NCBI GenBank assembly: GCA_027604505.1
Contig: JADIIX010000043.1
Location: 124,001 to 162,927 of the forward strand
Length of the DNA stretch: 38,927 bases
Direction of reading: 5' to 3'
Source: Gonapodya sp. JEL0774
Lineage: Eukaryota
A program made the translations under genes and the position numbers. The notes under the pieces were generated by a model. That model ran no database searches. It worked only from the letters and a program-made list of their open reading frames with translations, and was not told the DNA's origin. Below are positions 22,491 through 35,662 of the stretch, one piece after another (position 1 is the stretch's first letter; the number at the start of each line of letters is the position of its first letter).

Positions 22491-24878
22491 CTAAACTCTC
22501 CGCATTACACAATAACTCCCCCATCGTTTCCCCGCCGTCCAGCCGGGGATCCAGGCGGCTCTCGCTACCCACCCCCGCGTTGCCCCTGTGTCCAAGAAAT
22601 CGGCGCATGTTAGGGAAGTGAAAAACTCCGCCGAAAAATAGTCTGGTTCGAGGGAAGTAGGGTCGTAGAATGCTGAGTGAGAGGATGACACGGCCGCATG
22701 TGACCGGAGGTCGACAATGTAGTCGCAAGTGTCGAGAGGGACGTATCGGTCGGGTTCTTCGCGGTTCACGTCATTCATGCCCGTCGGACGGAGCCACGTG
22801 CCTGGTCGCCAGGTTGTGGTGCTGTGGGTTACGCTTTCGGTGTGAAAGGAAGACAGATCGTCTTGAAAATACTTTGGGAGGAGACCACGGAACTCGCTCC
22901 GTAAGAACGCGAGACGCGCTCCGTGGGGGAGAAAGTAGTGCGACGGAAACCTATGCCATTCCTTGCCGACGCACACCGTCAGGGTTGCGTTGTAGCGCGA
23001 GCTTGACGGGATTTCCGATATGCGTGTGGCAATATGATCGTGCAAGTCGGCGTACACTGTTAATGGCGCCGAATAGTGCAAGTGGAGGGATGCGGAGCGG
23101 AAGACAGAGAGGACAGAGAACAGGATGAGGAGGGTGGGGATCAAAAGTTTGGAAGTAAAGCCAAGCTGCGTGGTGTGCGATTTGCGATTATTGACTCACG
23201 ACAGTCATCGATGGTGCATCGCCCTGTGGCACCGAAATTGCAACCCACCTTCCCCCTCACCACTGTGGATCTAATCCACCGCACGACATCTCCTACACAC
23301 CACACACTCCACGCGGCGCTGAGAGCAACATTGGGGTACGCAACGTACATGAAGCGTTCTTCCTTGTGGCTCTGCAAGGAAAACACAATGAGCCACATCG
23401 GGAGAGCGGACAGGCGGAGGAAGGTGAGAAAATTCAGGCGGGGAGGTGAGTCGTTCGGTGCGCTGGTAGGGCGGACGAGGAGAGAGGAGAGGAACTGGCA
23501 GGGCATCGGGCAGGTTTCGTTGATGGAGGCACATGAATATCCCTTAAACTACTACGAATCACGTACCACAAGTGGCAAGGCAGCCAGCGCGAGCAAAAAC
23601 ATGATGTTCCAGTTGAGAGTCAAGTTCACAAGGTAGAACCACCAGGGTTCTGTTCCAAATATGTCGGGACCTCTTCCCGGACCCGAGAACACGTTGTAGA
23701 GTACAAGATTGAGAGAAGCGAAAACGGGCCGACGGTAAAAGAAGGAGTCAATGAGGACAGTAGGGGCCTGGAGGGAGATGTCATGTGGGGTGAAGTGTAG
23801 CTGTTTGATGGAGACAATTGCTTACCAGTATCACAAGCAGCACCACCCCTCCCGCCACTGCCATTCTCCGTACTCCATTTAAGACGGTAGATTGCAAGGT
23901 CTCCCCATCATAGGTTGCAACGAAGAGTTCCTCCAGGACGAATGGTACCACGGAAAGCCCGCTGAAAGGCCAACCTAGGATGACGCCGAGTGCGTACCAC
24001 GAAACAGTTTCGATAGTGCGGATGGTGGAGGGTGGTTGAAGTGAGGAGGCGTTTGCGAGGAGCGTGGTGTACATCGCGAAAGTAGAAGGGAGGTAGGCTC
24101 TCGGATTCCGTGAAGGGTCCGGGATGTGAAATGTTGTCATCCTCAACATTGAGTCACGAGGACCGGTACAAGCAAGGTTTGGAACACACACCACTGGTCG
24201 ATATAAACATTCCCGTGCCAAATATTAAGATAGTGAGCAGGTAACGGGCCACGCGGGCGTTCCAATGTTGCGCGACCGAATTGCACAGTGAGGACTCGGC
24301 GTATGCGGAAACTGTTCCCAGGAGGATCCGCATGAGCATAAAAACATGCCGCTAGTAGAATGTTTGGGGTACCACGCTGTGATGAATAAATGTCGGCTGT
24401 GACGCAATAGAGAGTGTCTTCACCTTTGACTTGGCGGGGAAGCTCAACAACCACCCCAACCCAGCGTGGATCCCCACATAAGCCCAACTTCGAATCGCAT
24501 AATCTGGTGAATATTCCCAGGTCTGAAGACCGGATCCGTGCTGCAAGTAATGCGTTGGCTCCCAGTAGTTGAATGTTTCGTCACAATCCGCGATTGGAGA
24601 CGCGACCGCAGAGAGCAAGCGAGAGATAAGAATCAGCCGGAAAACAATAGAGAAGTTGGGGAAGTAGATGGGATAGGGACGTGCGCTGGGAGAGTGCCAC
24701 CAAATTCATTCAATGGGGCGGGCAAAGACTCGTCCAAATTTGCGAATCACCTGCCGGTCTGAGGAACTTGAGAGATTCTCCCTGCATTTCCGTCCTTCGC
24801 CTTAATTTCGGATGTTTCCGCTTTAGGCTCTTCCAATTTCTTGACTCCCGCTCCCTTTCTCTGTCTGAGCTCACTCAT
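22491..24878 (-). CDS. ALG9: Alpha-1,2-mannosyltransferase ALG9 (GT22), about 7 exons
   Basis: IADCDETFNYWEPTHYL, QTWEYSPDYAIRSWAY, GMFISTSAYLPSTF, GWPFS, GPDIFGTEPWWFY, QSHKEERFMYVAYP, VCVGKEWHRFPSHYFLP, FRGLLPKYF. Start MSELRQRK at 24878. Confidence 0.95.
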
Positions 24879-25407
24879 TGGTGCGCGTCGTCAGGAGTAA
24901 TTGGTGCTCTCCCCCTCATCGCAACTCCAGATATCTATATGCCCCACAGTACTATTGTTATAAATGGACAAATGCCTACCGGATACTAACCGAATGAAGG
25001 TTCATTTGAGCATTGCTTTAAATAAAAGTGAACGTTGTTGATCTTTCATCAACGCAACCTTGCCTTTGGTCAAACATGCACCTGTCATACCTTCCATCAA
25101 ATCAATTCCAAATCTCCTTGCAATCGAACTGTGGACGCAGCATCAATACCGATACTCGGATCGCATTAGAAAAGTATAAGACCGTCGAGATTGAGGCTGA
25201 TTTGGCGTCGTTTGTGGGTCTTGCGCTCAAATCTGGGTTGTGCCTGGAGCTCCGTTTGAGTGAACATCTCCCTCCCATTTCTACTTCGATTCGTCCTCTA
25301 GCTCGTGCACATCTTCGAAAAGTCTCCGATCTTGGGAACATACCTTCATTTTATCCCCAAATCAATTCATTTAGGCCTCTGCCCTCTCGCGCTCATCAAC
25401 TCTTCCC

Positions 25408-27877
25408 ATGGCAACCACTGGTACTTCCCCCGAAGACGTCGTTCGCGAGTTCGGTCAGGAAATTGCCGTAAACAAAAACATTGTCGACCAGTGTGTCACC
25501 ATATGCCGTCTCTACTCGCTATCGGCGGAGCAGCTCGCTGCCAAGTGGGAGGCTTATGCAATCACGGCCAAACCCCAGGACGAGAACGACGAGCTCCGAG
25601 TACCAACCATGGAACATCTCACCGAACTCAAGCGGTCCGTCCAGAAGGAATTTGAGAAGCGTCACAATGCCCAATACGGAATCGATCCCCAAAACTCCTT
25701 TGTGCAGCGCAGATTGGCCGACTCTCCCGATGCTCTCCCCTTGGACGCCGCACCCATGTACAACAAAGATACCTTGAGAGAGCTCCTAGGGGGAGGTGGT
25801 GATTTTGGCAGGACTCCCTCCAGCAGCCGTGCAAGGGTCGCACCAGGGAACAAGGTCACCCCACGAGGTGGTCCTATTGGGACGGGAAGCAGATCGAGCA
25901 CCACAGAAACAACATCCTACGCTACACCAACCAAATCCAGCTACGGGTCTTCTTCGACCTCATCTAGACCGCTACCACCCGCTCCAAGAACCAGCATTCC
26001 CTCATCATCATCCTCACTCCTACTGTCAAGCCCAATTGGGCCCTCTCAAACGCCACAGACCTTCAGATTCGATGACCGTCCGAATCAAGGCAAGCGCGAG
26101 GAGATATTCAATCCCCACATCCCTGCTACCTCTCCCTCTTTCCCGCCAGACGCGTCTACTATCAATCCTCCCGCCGAGGTTGTGCTCCTCCGCAAAGCAC
26201 AGCCCGAAGACCTTGCCGACGACATGTCAGATGACGAAGGTCTCTCAGACAGTGAACGCACCGCACGCGCCAAGGCTCGCGCCGAAGTGGCGCGCGCACC
26301 AGCCCCTCGTATCGACCCCTCCCTCGAGGTCGGATATCGCTACATGTTTGACAAGCTCACTGATGCGGGCGTGGCACTAAACGAACGCATTGACCAGTTA
26401 TCCACGGCCATCCGGGACGCGAATCCCACCATCGAGTTTTTTGCTCATCCGGCGCAACCTCACCAAGAGCCTGTCGTCACTGCCGGTCGTGTGGCTCTGG
26501 ACACTTCGAACGATGATCCAACTTACCTCCTTGAGGCATCTCGGCGCGTCGGTGGTGGATGCCGGGTGCCACTCGACCTGTCAGCTCTTGCCAAGGGACC
26601 GGGATTCTCCATTTTCCCGGGCCAAGTCATCGCCGTGCGTGGCACGAACCCGTCAGGCCGCGTGCTTGCTGCGGATAGTATCGAAGTGCCTCCGCGTCCC
26701 CCGGTGCCGGTTACTTCCGCAGCAACACTTAGCACCATGTATCCTGAGGACACTAGGCCACTGAGGATAATGGTATCGAGCGGACCTTACACTTTAGATG
26801 AGTCACTTGCTTACGATGCGCTCGAGGAGCTGGTCAAAGTCGTGTGCGAGGATAAGCCGGACGCGGTGGTGTTCCTGGGTCCATTCGTTGACGCATCGAA
26901 TGCGTTGCTGCGAAGAGGCGACGTGGACTTTACGGTCGAGGAAATATTTAGAATGGAGGTGGGTTGAGCAGTGGTAGGGGTGCATTCATGTGAGCTGCGA
27001 GTTTCCATGCTCACCGCACAGTCCCATCCATCTCAAGATCTCGTCACGTCTGGAGCGAATTCTCTCAATCTCACCCCGCACCAAAATTTGCCTAATTCCC
27101 TCTACCGATGATGCCCTATCAGACTACCTCGTCCTTCCACAGCCGCCTCTGTGTGCCGGTTTAACATCCACCGAAACTGAACGTCGCCGGCGTGAGGCCG
27201 GAATTCCTCGGGACCCACGGGTCGTTCTCCTCCCAAATCCTGCACAGTTCTCTGTCAACGAGGTCGTCATCGCTGCTGGCACAGTGGACGTACTGTTCCA
27301 CCTCAGCACAGGCGAAGTGTCGAGAAGTGGAAAACAGAATGCGGTATCTGCTCCCTTGGACACGAACTTCCCCGACGTGGGGAGTAGCTCATCCAAACCA
27401 CCACCGACGGCTCCATTAGCGCACCAGAAAGACCGGCTGGCGAGACTGTGCTCTCACCTCTTGCACCAACGGTCTCTTTATCCCCTGCATCCTGCTGGTG
27501 GGCCAACGCAAGTACCGACAAATGGGTTGGCGGACGGCGTAACGGTGACGGTTGAGGCTCCACTTCCTCCGACGAACGTGTCTGCTATGTCATTGCACGC
27601 GACGCCAGATGTTATGGTGTTGCCGTCGCAGCTCCGGTATTTTGCGAAGGACGTGGATGGTGTACTGTGTATCAATCCTGGCAAAGTTTGCAGAGGGAAA
27701 GCAATCGGCACCTGTGCCAAATTATCCGTATGGCCACTCAAAGTGGGAGGAGTCAAGATTAATAGTGCTGAACTTCCGGATGCAATGGAGATGGATAACG
27801 AGCATGCCAGGGAGGATCATGAAGTGTTCGACCACAAGGTGGCAAAGAGAACGAGAGTGGAGATCGTCAAAGTATGA
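25408..27877 (+). CDS. POL12: DNA polymerase alpha-primase B subunit (Pol12/POLA2), exons 25408-26958 and 27038-27877
   Basis: N-terminal LAAKWEAY domain, YRYMFDKL, LLEASRRVGGG, FSIFPGQVIAVRGTNPSG, SGPYT, GPFVD, LLPNPAQFSVNEV, QRSLYPL, PDVMVLPSQL, CINPG. Confidence 0.95.
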
Positions 27878-28051
27878 GCAGATATTGATACCCTGTGCTC
27901 GCGGACTGCAATGACAGTCACACTCTTGAATGTATTCTACTCCGCATCACATATTCACTTGTGAGACATAACTGTGAACCATACTGATTGGCTTAATCAC
28001 AATCCCATGCAAATGGATTCTGTAGTACACTGACATTTTATGTTACAATGT

Positions 28052-31000
28052 TCAAAATGAAGCAGGAATCACAGTGAGAGCCTTCCACCCATCAAAACAT
28101 TTTGCAGCTATGAAAATGTTCCCAACCGTTTTCGTTACAACCTTCTCAACGATTTCCCAGTCACCCGATCGCCCATTCTGGGCCTGGTTAAAAGTCCTAC
28201 GTGCCTGCGCGCTATTCGCCACCCCCTTGTCCATAGTCGAATTCGAGCGATTAACCGGTTTTCCTTCCATCGGCATATTGATGCGCAGCGATGAACTACC
28301 ATCTGCACCAATCTTGATCGAGCTGTCCTTTGTGTGCTCAAAATTTGATGTTTCAGTCCCATCTCCAGAGTCACCAGAGTCGAAGAACACGTCGAATAAT
28401 TCCATTGCGTCCCATTCATCATCCTCATGAAATGTCGTGTCACGAAGGAGCTGTTCCCGAGTCATTGACTTCGGGTCAAATACAGGGCGAGGGAGCGGTA
28501 TGTAAGGCAAAGTACTCGTACTACTTGGTACAGGAATGCAAACAACTCTCCGCCGAATCTTGCATTCGATGCGCTCAATAGCATTGATCATTAGCTACCA
28601 TAATCAACAACAATTCACTCAGCATTGGATCTCGAACAAATAAGGCAAATCAGGCTCTCACCATGTTTCCGGTAGAGTCAAATGCCTTCACGAGACCTTC
28701 CAGGCAACGTGAATGAGGTTCTCCCCGTAAACGGATCCGCAATCGCAAAGAACCGATCATTACACGATACAGGATGTATAACGTTCGTCTTAAGTCTGAA
28801 AACACGAAATCGGATGCGTCAGAATGGTGACCGGCTGATGTGCCTGAAGCAAACTTACCGAGCGGCAATTCATGCAATTTTTCCGGTTCTTTTTGAGTTG
28901 AGGAGAGTTCTCGCTCGTGTGTGTCATCAGTAGCCACACCCAACGCTTTCTCAGACGCAGGAGGCCACATAATATCCTTTAGTGCAGTCGTCGTGTGACT
29001 ATTCTCGCTGTTCTCCTCAAACAAAGTCTCCGTGATGGTTGGGGACATCTTTGCAGTTCCATCCTCTGAGGGAGCAACCGGGGATGCCACGGATAACTCC
29101 ACCTGCGGTTCGGCGTCAGCGAGAACGACGACGGATTCGACATCAGTCGTTTTGCGCACTTCGACATCGAGGGTGAGGCTCGAGCTCTCCGTGTGACTTG
29201 CGGTACTCTGTGTGGGATTCACCGGGCCCGATTTCTCTTGCTCCGTTGGATCAGTACGGGTGACCAGTGGTCGAGATGCAAAGACTGCAACCGGCGAGTC
29301 CAATTGGACTTTGGGATTGGGATCGAGTGCAGTACGAGCTCGATCAACATTTTGCACCAGATTCGCCTTGCCGAGTGGAAACAGTTCTCCCGGGTCCAAA
29401 CGTCCTACTATTGCGGCGCCCCTAGAGGCCGGTTCCACAATGCCTGGCCGCTCTGGTATATACGGTTTCCCAAAAGGTTGATCGACGCTGGGAACTGCCT
29501 TTCGCACTATTGCCTTACTCAACGCTTCTGCCCGACTTCCCTCAGGGCTGGCGACATTCACCGCCACTTTTGGTACCATGCTCTTCTGAGATCCTATTCG
29601 GGGCTTCTCATCAGAAGTCAAAAATCGAAGGGTTGCTTCCATCGGAGTTATTGCCGGAGTTATTGCAATTTGCTCATGTGGCTGACTCGCAGGGATGGAT
29701 TCGGCGGGGGCTACAACGACAGATTCCTTGCCCTGCACGTGAGGAGTAATCGTCACCGTCTTCAAGTCGTCTGTTGCCGCGTCTAGCACGTCCACTGGTT
29801 CACTCAAAGAAGAGGGTTGAGGTTTTTTCTTCCTTGTACCAATCTTGTACACCTTTTGTGCCCCAGTGCTGGCTGCTGACGGTTCTGCAGAACTCGGAGA
29901 TTTAGACGCGACAATATCAGCCAGGGAGTGCACGAGGGTGTGAACCATTGCTGGCGGATAAGGAGTTGACTCCTCCTTCAAAACTTCAATGGAGCTCGGA
30001 AGAGTGAATGGGGTATCGCTTTGGATGCGACTCAGGCCGTTCGGAACCCCTAGGGGAACAGCTGGTACAGCCACGACTGCGGGAAGTCGCACAGACTCAT
30101 CGGTCAGTTGTGATAGGTTGGACACCCGCGTCATCACCTCGGACTGTGAAACTGAAGATATGGCGGTCTCGGCGAGTGGGGGAAACCCGGGAGGTGGTTT
30201 CAAACGAAGGAATCTTGCCGAATCTCGAGCATCGATAGTCCACGGGTCTCCCAGTGGTTGAGAAAGCTCAATCGAGTGGTGATTCGACTTGAAGGGCAAA
30301 CTCTCCGGAGAAATATTTTCGAATGAAACTTGCCTGTCCGTCCTTTCAGGTGCTTGAGAGAGCCTACGCCTTCGTGGATCCCGTCCATTCATTCCAGGTG
30401 GATGGAGCTCTGCGATTGCATGAGTCGGAAGATCTTGCCGTCGAGACGAGTTGACTTGAACAGCGGTATGAGGCCCGAGAGATGATGAATGTCTTTGCCT
30501 TCGGTATTCAAACTCCGACCGAGAACTATCTGACGAGGAGTTCCGACTGTCTGCGTATCGCCTCTTCTTCCGCCGCCCTCTGTCATCTTGCTCGGAGTAT
30601 CTCCTTTCGTGGCTCCTACTTCTGCCTCTCCTCCTGTCTTTCGAATACGGTCTTGGACTCCTACGAGACGATTCTTCTGGTTCTCGAGGCTTCCAACTCG
30701 GTTCCCATTCCCGTTTTCTCCTTTCCTGTGGCTCCGATTGCACGACATGCTTTGGTGGCATGTTGGTCGACTTGTCATGAGATGCTTCGTCTGCAGGAGC
30801 GAATGTAGCGTCGACATTTCCACTTTGAGTGGAAGAAGGCTCGGAGTTTGTGGATGGCACGGTGTTGGACAGCGGACTCGGCCGTTGGGGTACTACAAGC
30901 CTATTCACCTTCAGCTCATCTCGAGGCTTCCGAGCAATAGCGAACCCTGGCACATTCAGCCTTTGGTCTCGATTGGGCGCTTTCGGCGAGGAAGCACTGG

Positions 31001-34000
31001 GCGGCGCTGGAGGAATAGGATTCCATCGGCCGTCACCGGAAGGGGACATAGAGGGTGCTGGGGGCGACTGCGAAGGACGTTGGTTGCGCAAAAGAGGTAC
31101 CCCAATCTCTGTCGTCTCGAATGGTGAACCTTCCGGTAGGGGAAAGTTTGGTGCCGAGACCCACAGTCGCCGTTCATAGGGAGCAACGACATTCTGTCCC
31201 TTTTCTGACTGATCAGGGAAACGTGCATCCTCAACCACCGGTGAGTGATAGTTCTGAGTTGACCTGAGGTACTCGGCTGGTGACGAAGGACCCTCAGTTG
31301 GTGACTGACGACGTTCCACTGGTGACAAGAGCCCCTCAGGCGTGGACTGCCAGCGACTAGGCTGCGATGAAGTCTGTAAGGGAATGCGCCGTGCTGGGGA
31401 TGTTAAACTTCGGTGTCGAGATGGAGAAGGGGTGCGGCCGCCGGATCGGGCCCCACTGACAGGTGTATGGGCTTTCAAGGTGGTTTGGGGAGGAGACTGG
31501 CCACTGCAAGGCAATGTTTCTGCATTTTCCTCATCTGCTTCATGTGTAGATGGCGAGCGGCGACTTCTGGGCAGCGGTGATAGCTGACGAGTTTGAGTGA
31601 ATGATTCTGGACAACTGGACAGGGATGCAGCACGTGGAATGGGTGAAGGTGACCTGTCCCCGTTCGGCTGAGAAGGGGATCGAGAAATTTGTCGTCGAAA
31701 CTTCGGAGGAGTGATGGAGCTGTGCTTCCGTGTGAGTAACGCAGGGGAATGATGGCGTTGGGGCGGTTGTGGACTGCCAAGGCGTTTCGCCGGTGGGGAA
31801 GAGCGGCTCTCGTATGGAGAGTTGGTGTCAGGGTGGGGTCGTCCATCATTGGCAAGCTGCTGGAAATTGGTTTCAGATGGACTTGGAGATCCACCTGCAC
31901 CAACAGGCAGCGACCACGCTTCCCGAGGAGAGGGCGGTGAAACTGGGACCACGGGGGTCACAACGGGACCAACGCCACGCTCCAATAGCACAATGCGAGA
32001 GCCTTCTCCTGAAATGGGAGATGGGGATCGACGACCAGATCCGGCCCGCTGAAACCGACGCGGAGGACGACGATCATAACCATCGTCATGACCTTGCCTA
32101 AGCCGCGATTTCGAACGAGACCTCGATTTCGAACGAGAGCCACGTCGACCAACTTGTGGAGGAGAGCCGGTCCGTGACCACCCACGCTTTTCAAGACGGT
32201 AGGTTTTGGAACTGTTGAGAGGTCGGGGCCAAGGACGTCGAGAGCGGAGAGCATCACCTTCGTCGTGATACGGTGACCGATCTCGTGAACGGTCCAAGGC
32301 GGTGCGTGAGCTAACGGAGTGGTCTGAGAGACTCGCCAAGCTTCCTCGACGGTCTTGTCTGGTCTCTCCGGTGTCAGTGTGTTGATCAACTCTGTGCCCA
32401 TACCCGGAAGAGTATGTATCATCCTTCGTATTAATCCTTGACCTGCCCTCTGTCGATTCCGTAGTGTAGGTTGATTTAGCCTCGGCAGAACGGGGTTGGG
32501 TGTCACGAGTATCAAAACTTCGAACCTCATCTTGACTGGGTCGTCGTGGCACTCTCCTCGCAGAATGCCCAGACTTCTCCACACTCTGCGCTCTAAAATC
32601 ACTCCGCCGCCAGCCCCCTTCGGGCTCTTTCGCGTCCCTGACTGCTCGAGTATCTTCTCTCCGTCCTCGATCTGCTTCTCCCACATAGGTGGTGTCTCCG
32701 CTACCGTTGTGTCTCCATCTCCCAACCGCTTCTCTCACGTTCGTCGCCCCTCTTAAATCGTCGGTCGGTCTCCGCTCCAGTCCCCTTGCTTCGGTGGTGA
32801 CCACTGTGTGGTCCTTCAGCATCCGCTCCGGTGCTCTTGTATTGGGGCCTAACCACGTATCGTCACTCCGCGTCCACACCGTTTCCTCTCCATTCGCGGT
32901 CACTCGTGCATCGTTGCTCCGCCTCCACGACATTCCTCTAAAATCCTCCGTCACTTGTGCATCGTCACTCCATTTGCGCTCCGATTCCTTCGCATCCGTA
33001 ACAGGTGGTGGTGCAATACTCCAACTGCGCTCGGGTTCACTTCGGTTCGGAGGCCTCCGCATGCCATTCGTCCGATTCCACTCCTGTTCTCTCACTTTCG
33101 TGGGCCCTCGCGCATCACCGTTTCGTCTCCACGTCGTTTCCCTCATGTTTACGGTCACGCGTTCGTTGTAACTCTGTGTTCGTGACAGTTCTCTCGCGTT
33201 GTCGGCTGCTGGTCGATCGTCATTCCATCTCTCTGTGGCCTCTCTTGAGTCCGCAGCCACTCGTTCGCCGTCTCTCTGTCCGTAATCCTCTGCTCTAGCG
33301 TTGGTCGACACACCGTCAATGTTGCTTCGTGTACGCTCTGGTTCTCTCGAATTCCCCATGGTCAATTGTGCATTATCACGTTGTCGCCATGTCGCTTCGC
33401 TAGCTTCCGTCGTCACTCGTGTTTTGTCATTCCGTCTCCGCTCCGATTCTCTCGAGATCGGGGCCGCTGATACATCGTCACTCCATCTTCCTCCCAAATC
33501 TCTCCAGTCTGTGGATACCCATAAACCGACGCTATGTCTTCGCCCTAGTTCTCTGGTATCAGTGGCCACTCGCGTATCGTCGCTCCCTGTCCGTTTTGGT
33601 TCTCTTACATTCGATCCTGTACCCTCTCTCGGAGTCACCACCGGCTCTCTGGCATCCATCGGCCCTCGTGCATCATCACTCAGCCTTCGCTCCGACCCTC
33701 TCCTGTCCGTACCCACTGGCGTATCCGGCTTTCTGACGTCCGCCGTCGATCGTGTATCCTCATGCCCGCTTCTCTCTGACTCTCTCGCTTCCGTGGTGAT
33801 GCTCCCATCCACAGTCCGTCTCGCGTCACCCTTCCAAAAGCCCGATTCTTCCTTCTTCGTCTTTGGCGCGTCAGATGTGCCTCTTCGCCAAACCAGGTTC
33901 GGTCCCGCGTAGGGACGGCCCAACCGCTCAGGTGGGCGAGCAGCCACCACTACTGACACTCTCTCTCGCGGGGGCTGACGGTTTACAGTCACGAAACGAG

Positions 34001-35214
34001 TTGGCTCTGAGTTTGTGGCCCGGTTTGCCAAAGATTCGTCGAGGATACCACGAGGCGGCATTCTCGGTTGGACATCCGAAGAGGAAGGCTCCGCAACTGG
34101 CAACAAGGGCGACCTTGGCGCAGAACAGACGCCAGAAGCAGCCACAAAGTTTCCACTTCCATGCGTAGACGAAGCACCGGTACTATCCCTCGTCGGGTCC
34201 GATGGGTAATGAAGTGGAAATGAGTTGTTTGCGGGCGGATGTTCCATTTGCTCCCGTGCCATTCCGACAGATGTTTTCGACGAGTGCCGTGAAGAAGGCG
34301 GAGAAGACGAGCCAGTTGAAGGATTGCTGCTGGACGGTATTGGGAATCGCCGTTCAACGTGATTCAAAGAATCTGGCATGAGGGGAACACTGTCAATCCA
34401 CCGTCAATCGAAATGCTAGCAAGGGACACTTCAGCCTGCCCACTATGACTACTTTCTTTTCAGAAAGTGGTCCCCCCCCCCGCCCGCGCACCCCGCTGCA
34501 CCCGGTGTGGTCATTGGGCAACACTCACCATTGGGTGTCGATTTCACGGTAGGCGTGAATTCCGGTTTTGAGTGTTCCGCGTATACACTCTTGGAACCAT
34601 CAGCATGATTAGGAGGTGTCCCTTTGGTGGCGCGAGCACCCCGAGCTGAGGAGGCCGAATCTAAGGAGAGTCCAGTACTGGCGGAGGGGTGGGGAGCAGG
34701 GCCACCTTTCACCAACAAAGTGACCGATACCTAAGTCACTCGAGCTGCTCTATATAGACGATTCTAACGTACCTGGTGGCTGGGGTGTACTCGAGATCTC
34801 CTGCTGAGAGGTGCTCGACAAGGAGGAAAGGTGCTCGCTCGAAAAGACGCCGACCTCCTTCCCCATCCACGTTCGTTGCAGCCGCGCTCTTTTCCGCTCC
34901 CTCAGAATAGCAGCCGGATCCAGCCGGGGGACCGATTCCACTTCAAAAGTGGTTTGACTGGTGCCCCTCGCATCATCCTGTTGTTGGGATGATTTCTTCG
35001 GCAAAGAGGCCAGCCGTAAGGAGGACGAGGATGTGGAAAGAGAAACGCTTTCGTGACCGAAAGCAGAAGCCTTGTAAGAGATGGCTCCATGTTCCCCGTG
35101 TGTCCCGTTCTGTGCTCCGTTCGCTCCGTTTGCGCGTTGAGGAGTCGCAATTGATAGCTCCGGGTTACTTTGTGGCTCCAAACCCTCGTTGGATCCGCGT
35201 CGGCGCTTCATCAT
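28052..35214 (-). CDS. Large hypothetical low-complexity (R/S/P-rich) protein, ~2290 aa. Exon model: 35214-34773, 34705-34529, 34372-28662, 28594-28052.
   Basis: A 5.7-kb open frame is joined to flanking ORFs by in-frame GT..AG introns (6873 nt in total). It has RS/SP-rich tracts, basic NLS-like clusters and a more ordered C-terminus. Start codon uncertain; no family recognised. Confidence 0.75.
32615..33821 (-). repeat. Degenerate 17-aa (51-nt) coding tandem repeat, about 20-22 units
   Basis: Example units: RWSDDVSAAPISRESER, RRNDKTRVTTEASEATW, RRNGDARGPTKVREQEW, KWSDDAQVTEDFRGMSW, RRSNDARVTANGEETVW, TRSDDTWLGPNTRAPER, RPTDDLRGATNVREAVG. Confidence 0.85.
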
Positions 35215-35662
35215 CCCAATATGAGAATGGGTCAACGATTCCCGTACTGACCGAATGCACTCCACAACACACAAGGCAGCAAATGAGAAAACACACAATA
35301 TCACCAAATAAAGTATTGTTGGCACTGTAAACGTGATACTGAAATTATTGTAGTCTTATCGAGAATCTTTTTGTCGGTCAGGACGGGAAGCGGAGGGGGT
35401 AGGAGGGGCGGAAGAACTGGTGTCAACATGATCGTCCCCGTGAGAGTTTTCACCAGTACTTCTTTGTTTCTAGATAATAATAGACAAGCGTGACTGTTGC
35501 GCGAAAGTGGAGAAGGTGTTTAAAGTTTCTCTACTGGTTGGTTTTGCCTCCATTGTAAGACTCCCTTCGGTGATCGGCACGCGGCTCGTCCCCGCTTGTG
35601 ATCATCATTCCCAACCAGACCGACCCACCCTCTTTCACTGAGAAAACTTGCTCTATTTGGTG

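Noticed and set aside
20352..24878. PAM18-SEC11-ALG9 as a functional protein-biogenesis cluster
   Set aside because: They act in different compartments and pathways, and adjacency of housekeeping genes is expected in a compact genome.
32615..33821. Periodic region as a CRISPR-like or non-coding array
   Set aside because: No identical DNA repeats with spacers; the periodicity is at protein level inside an open frame.
34377..34379. ATG of the 1909-aa ORF as the true start
   Set aside because: It probably lies inside an intron (34528-34373), since upstream exons splice in frame at ccag|AT.
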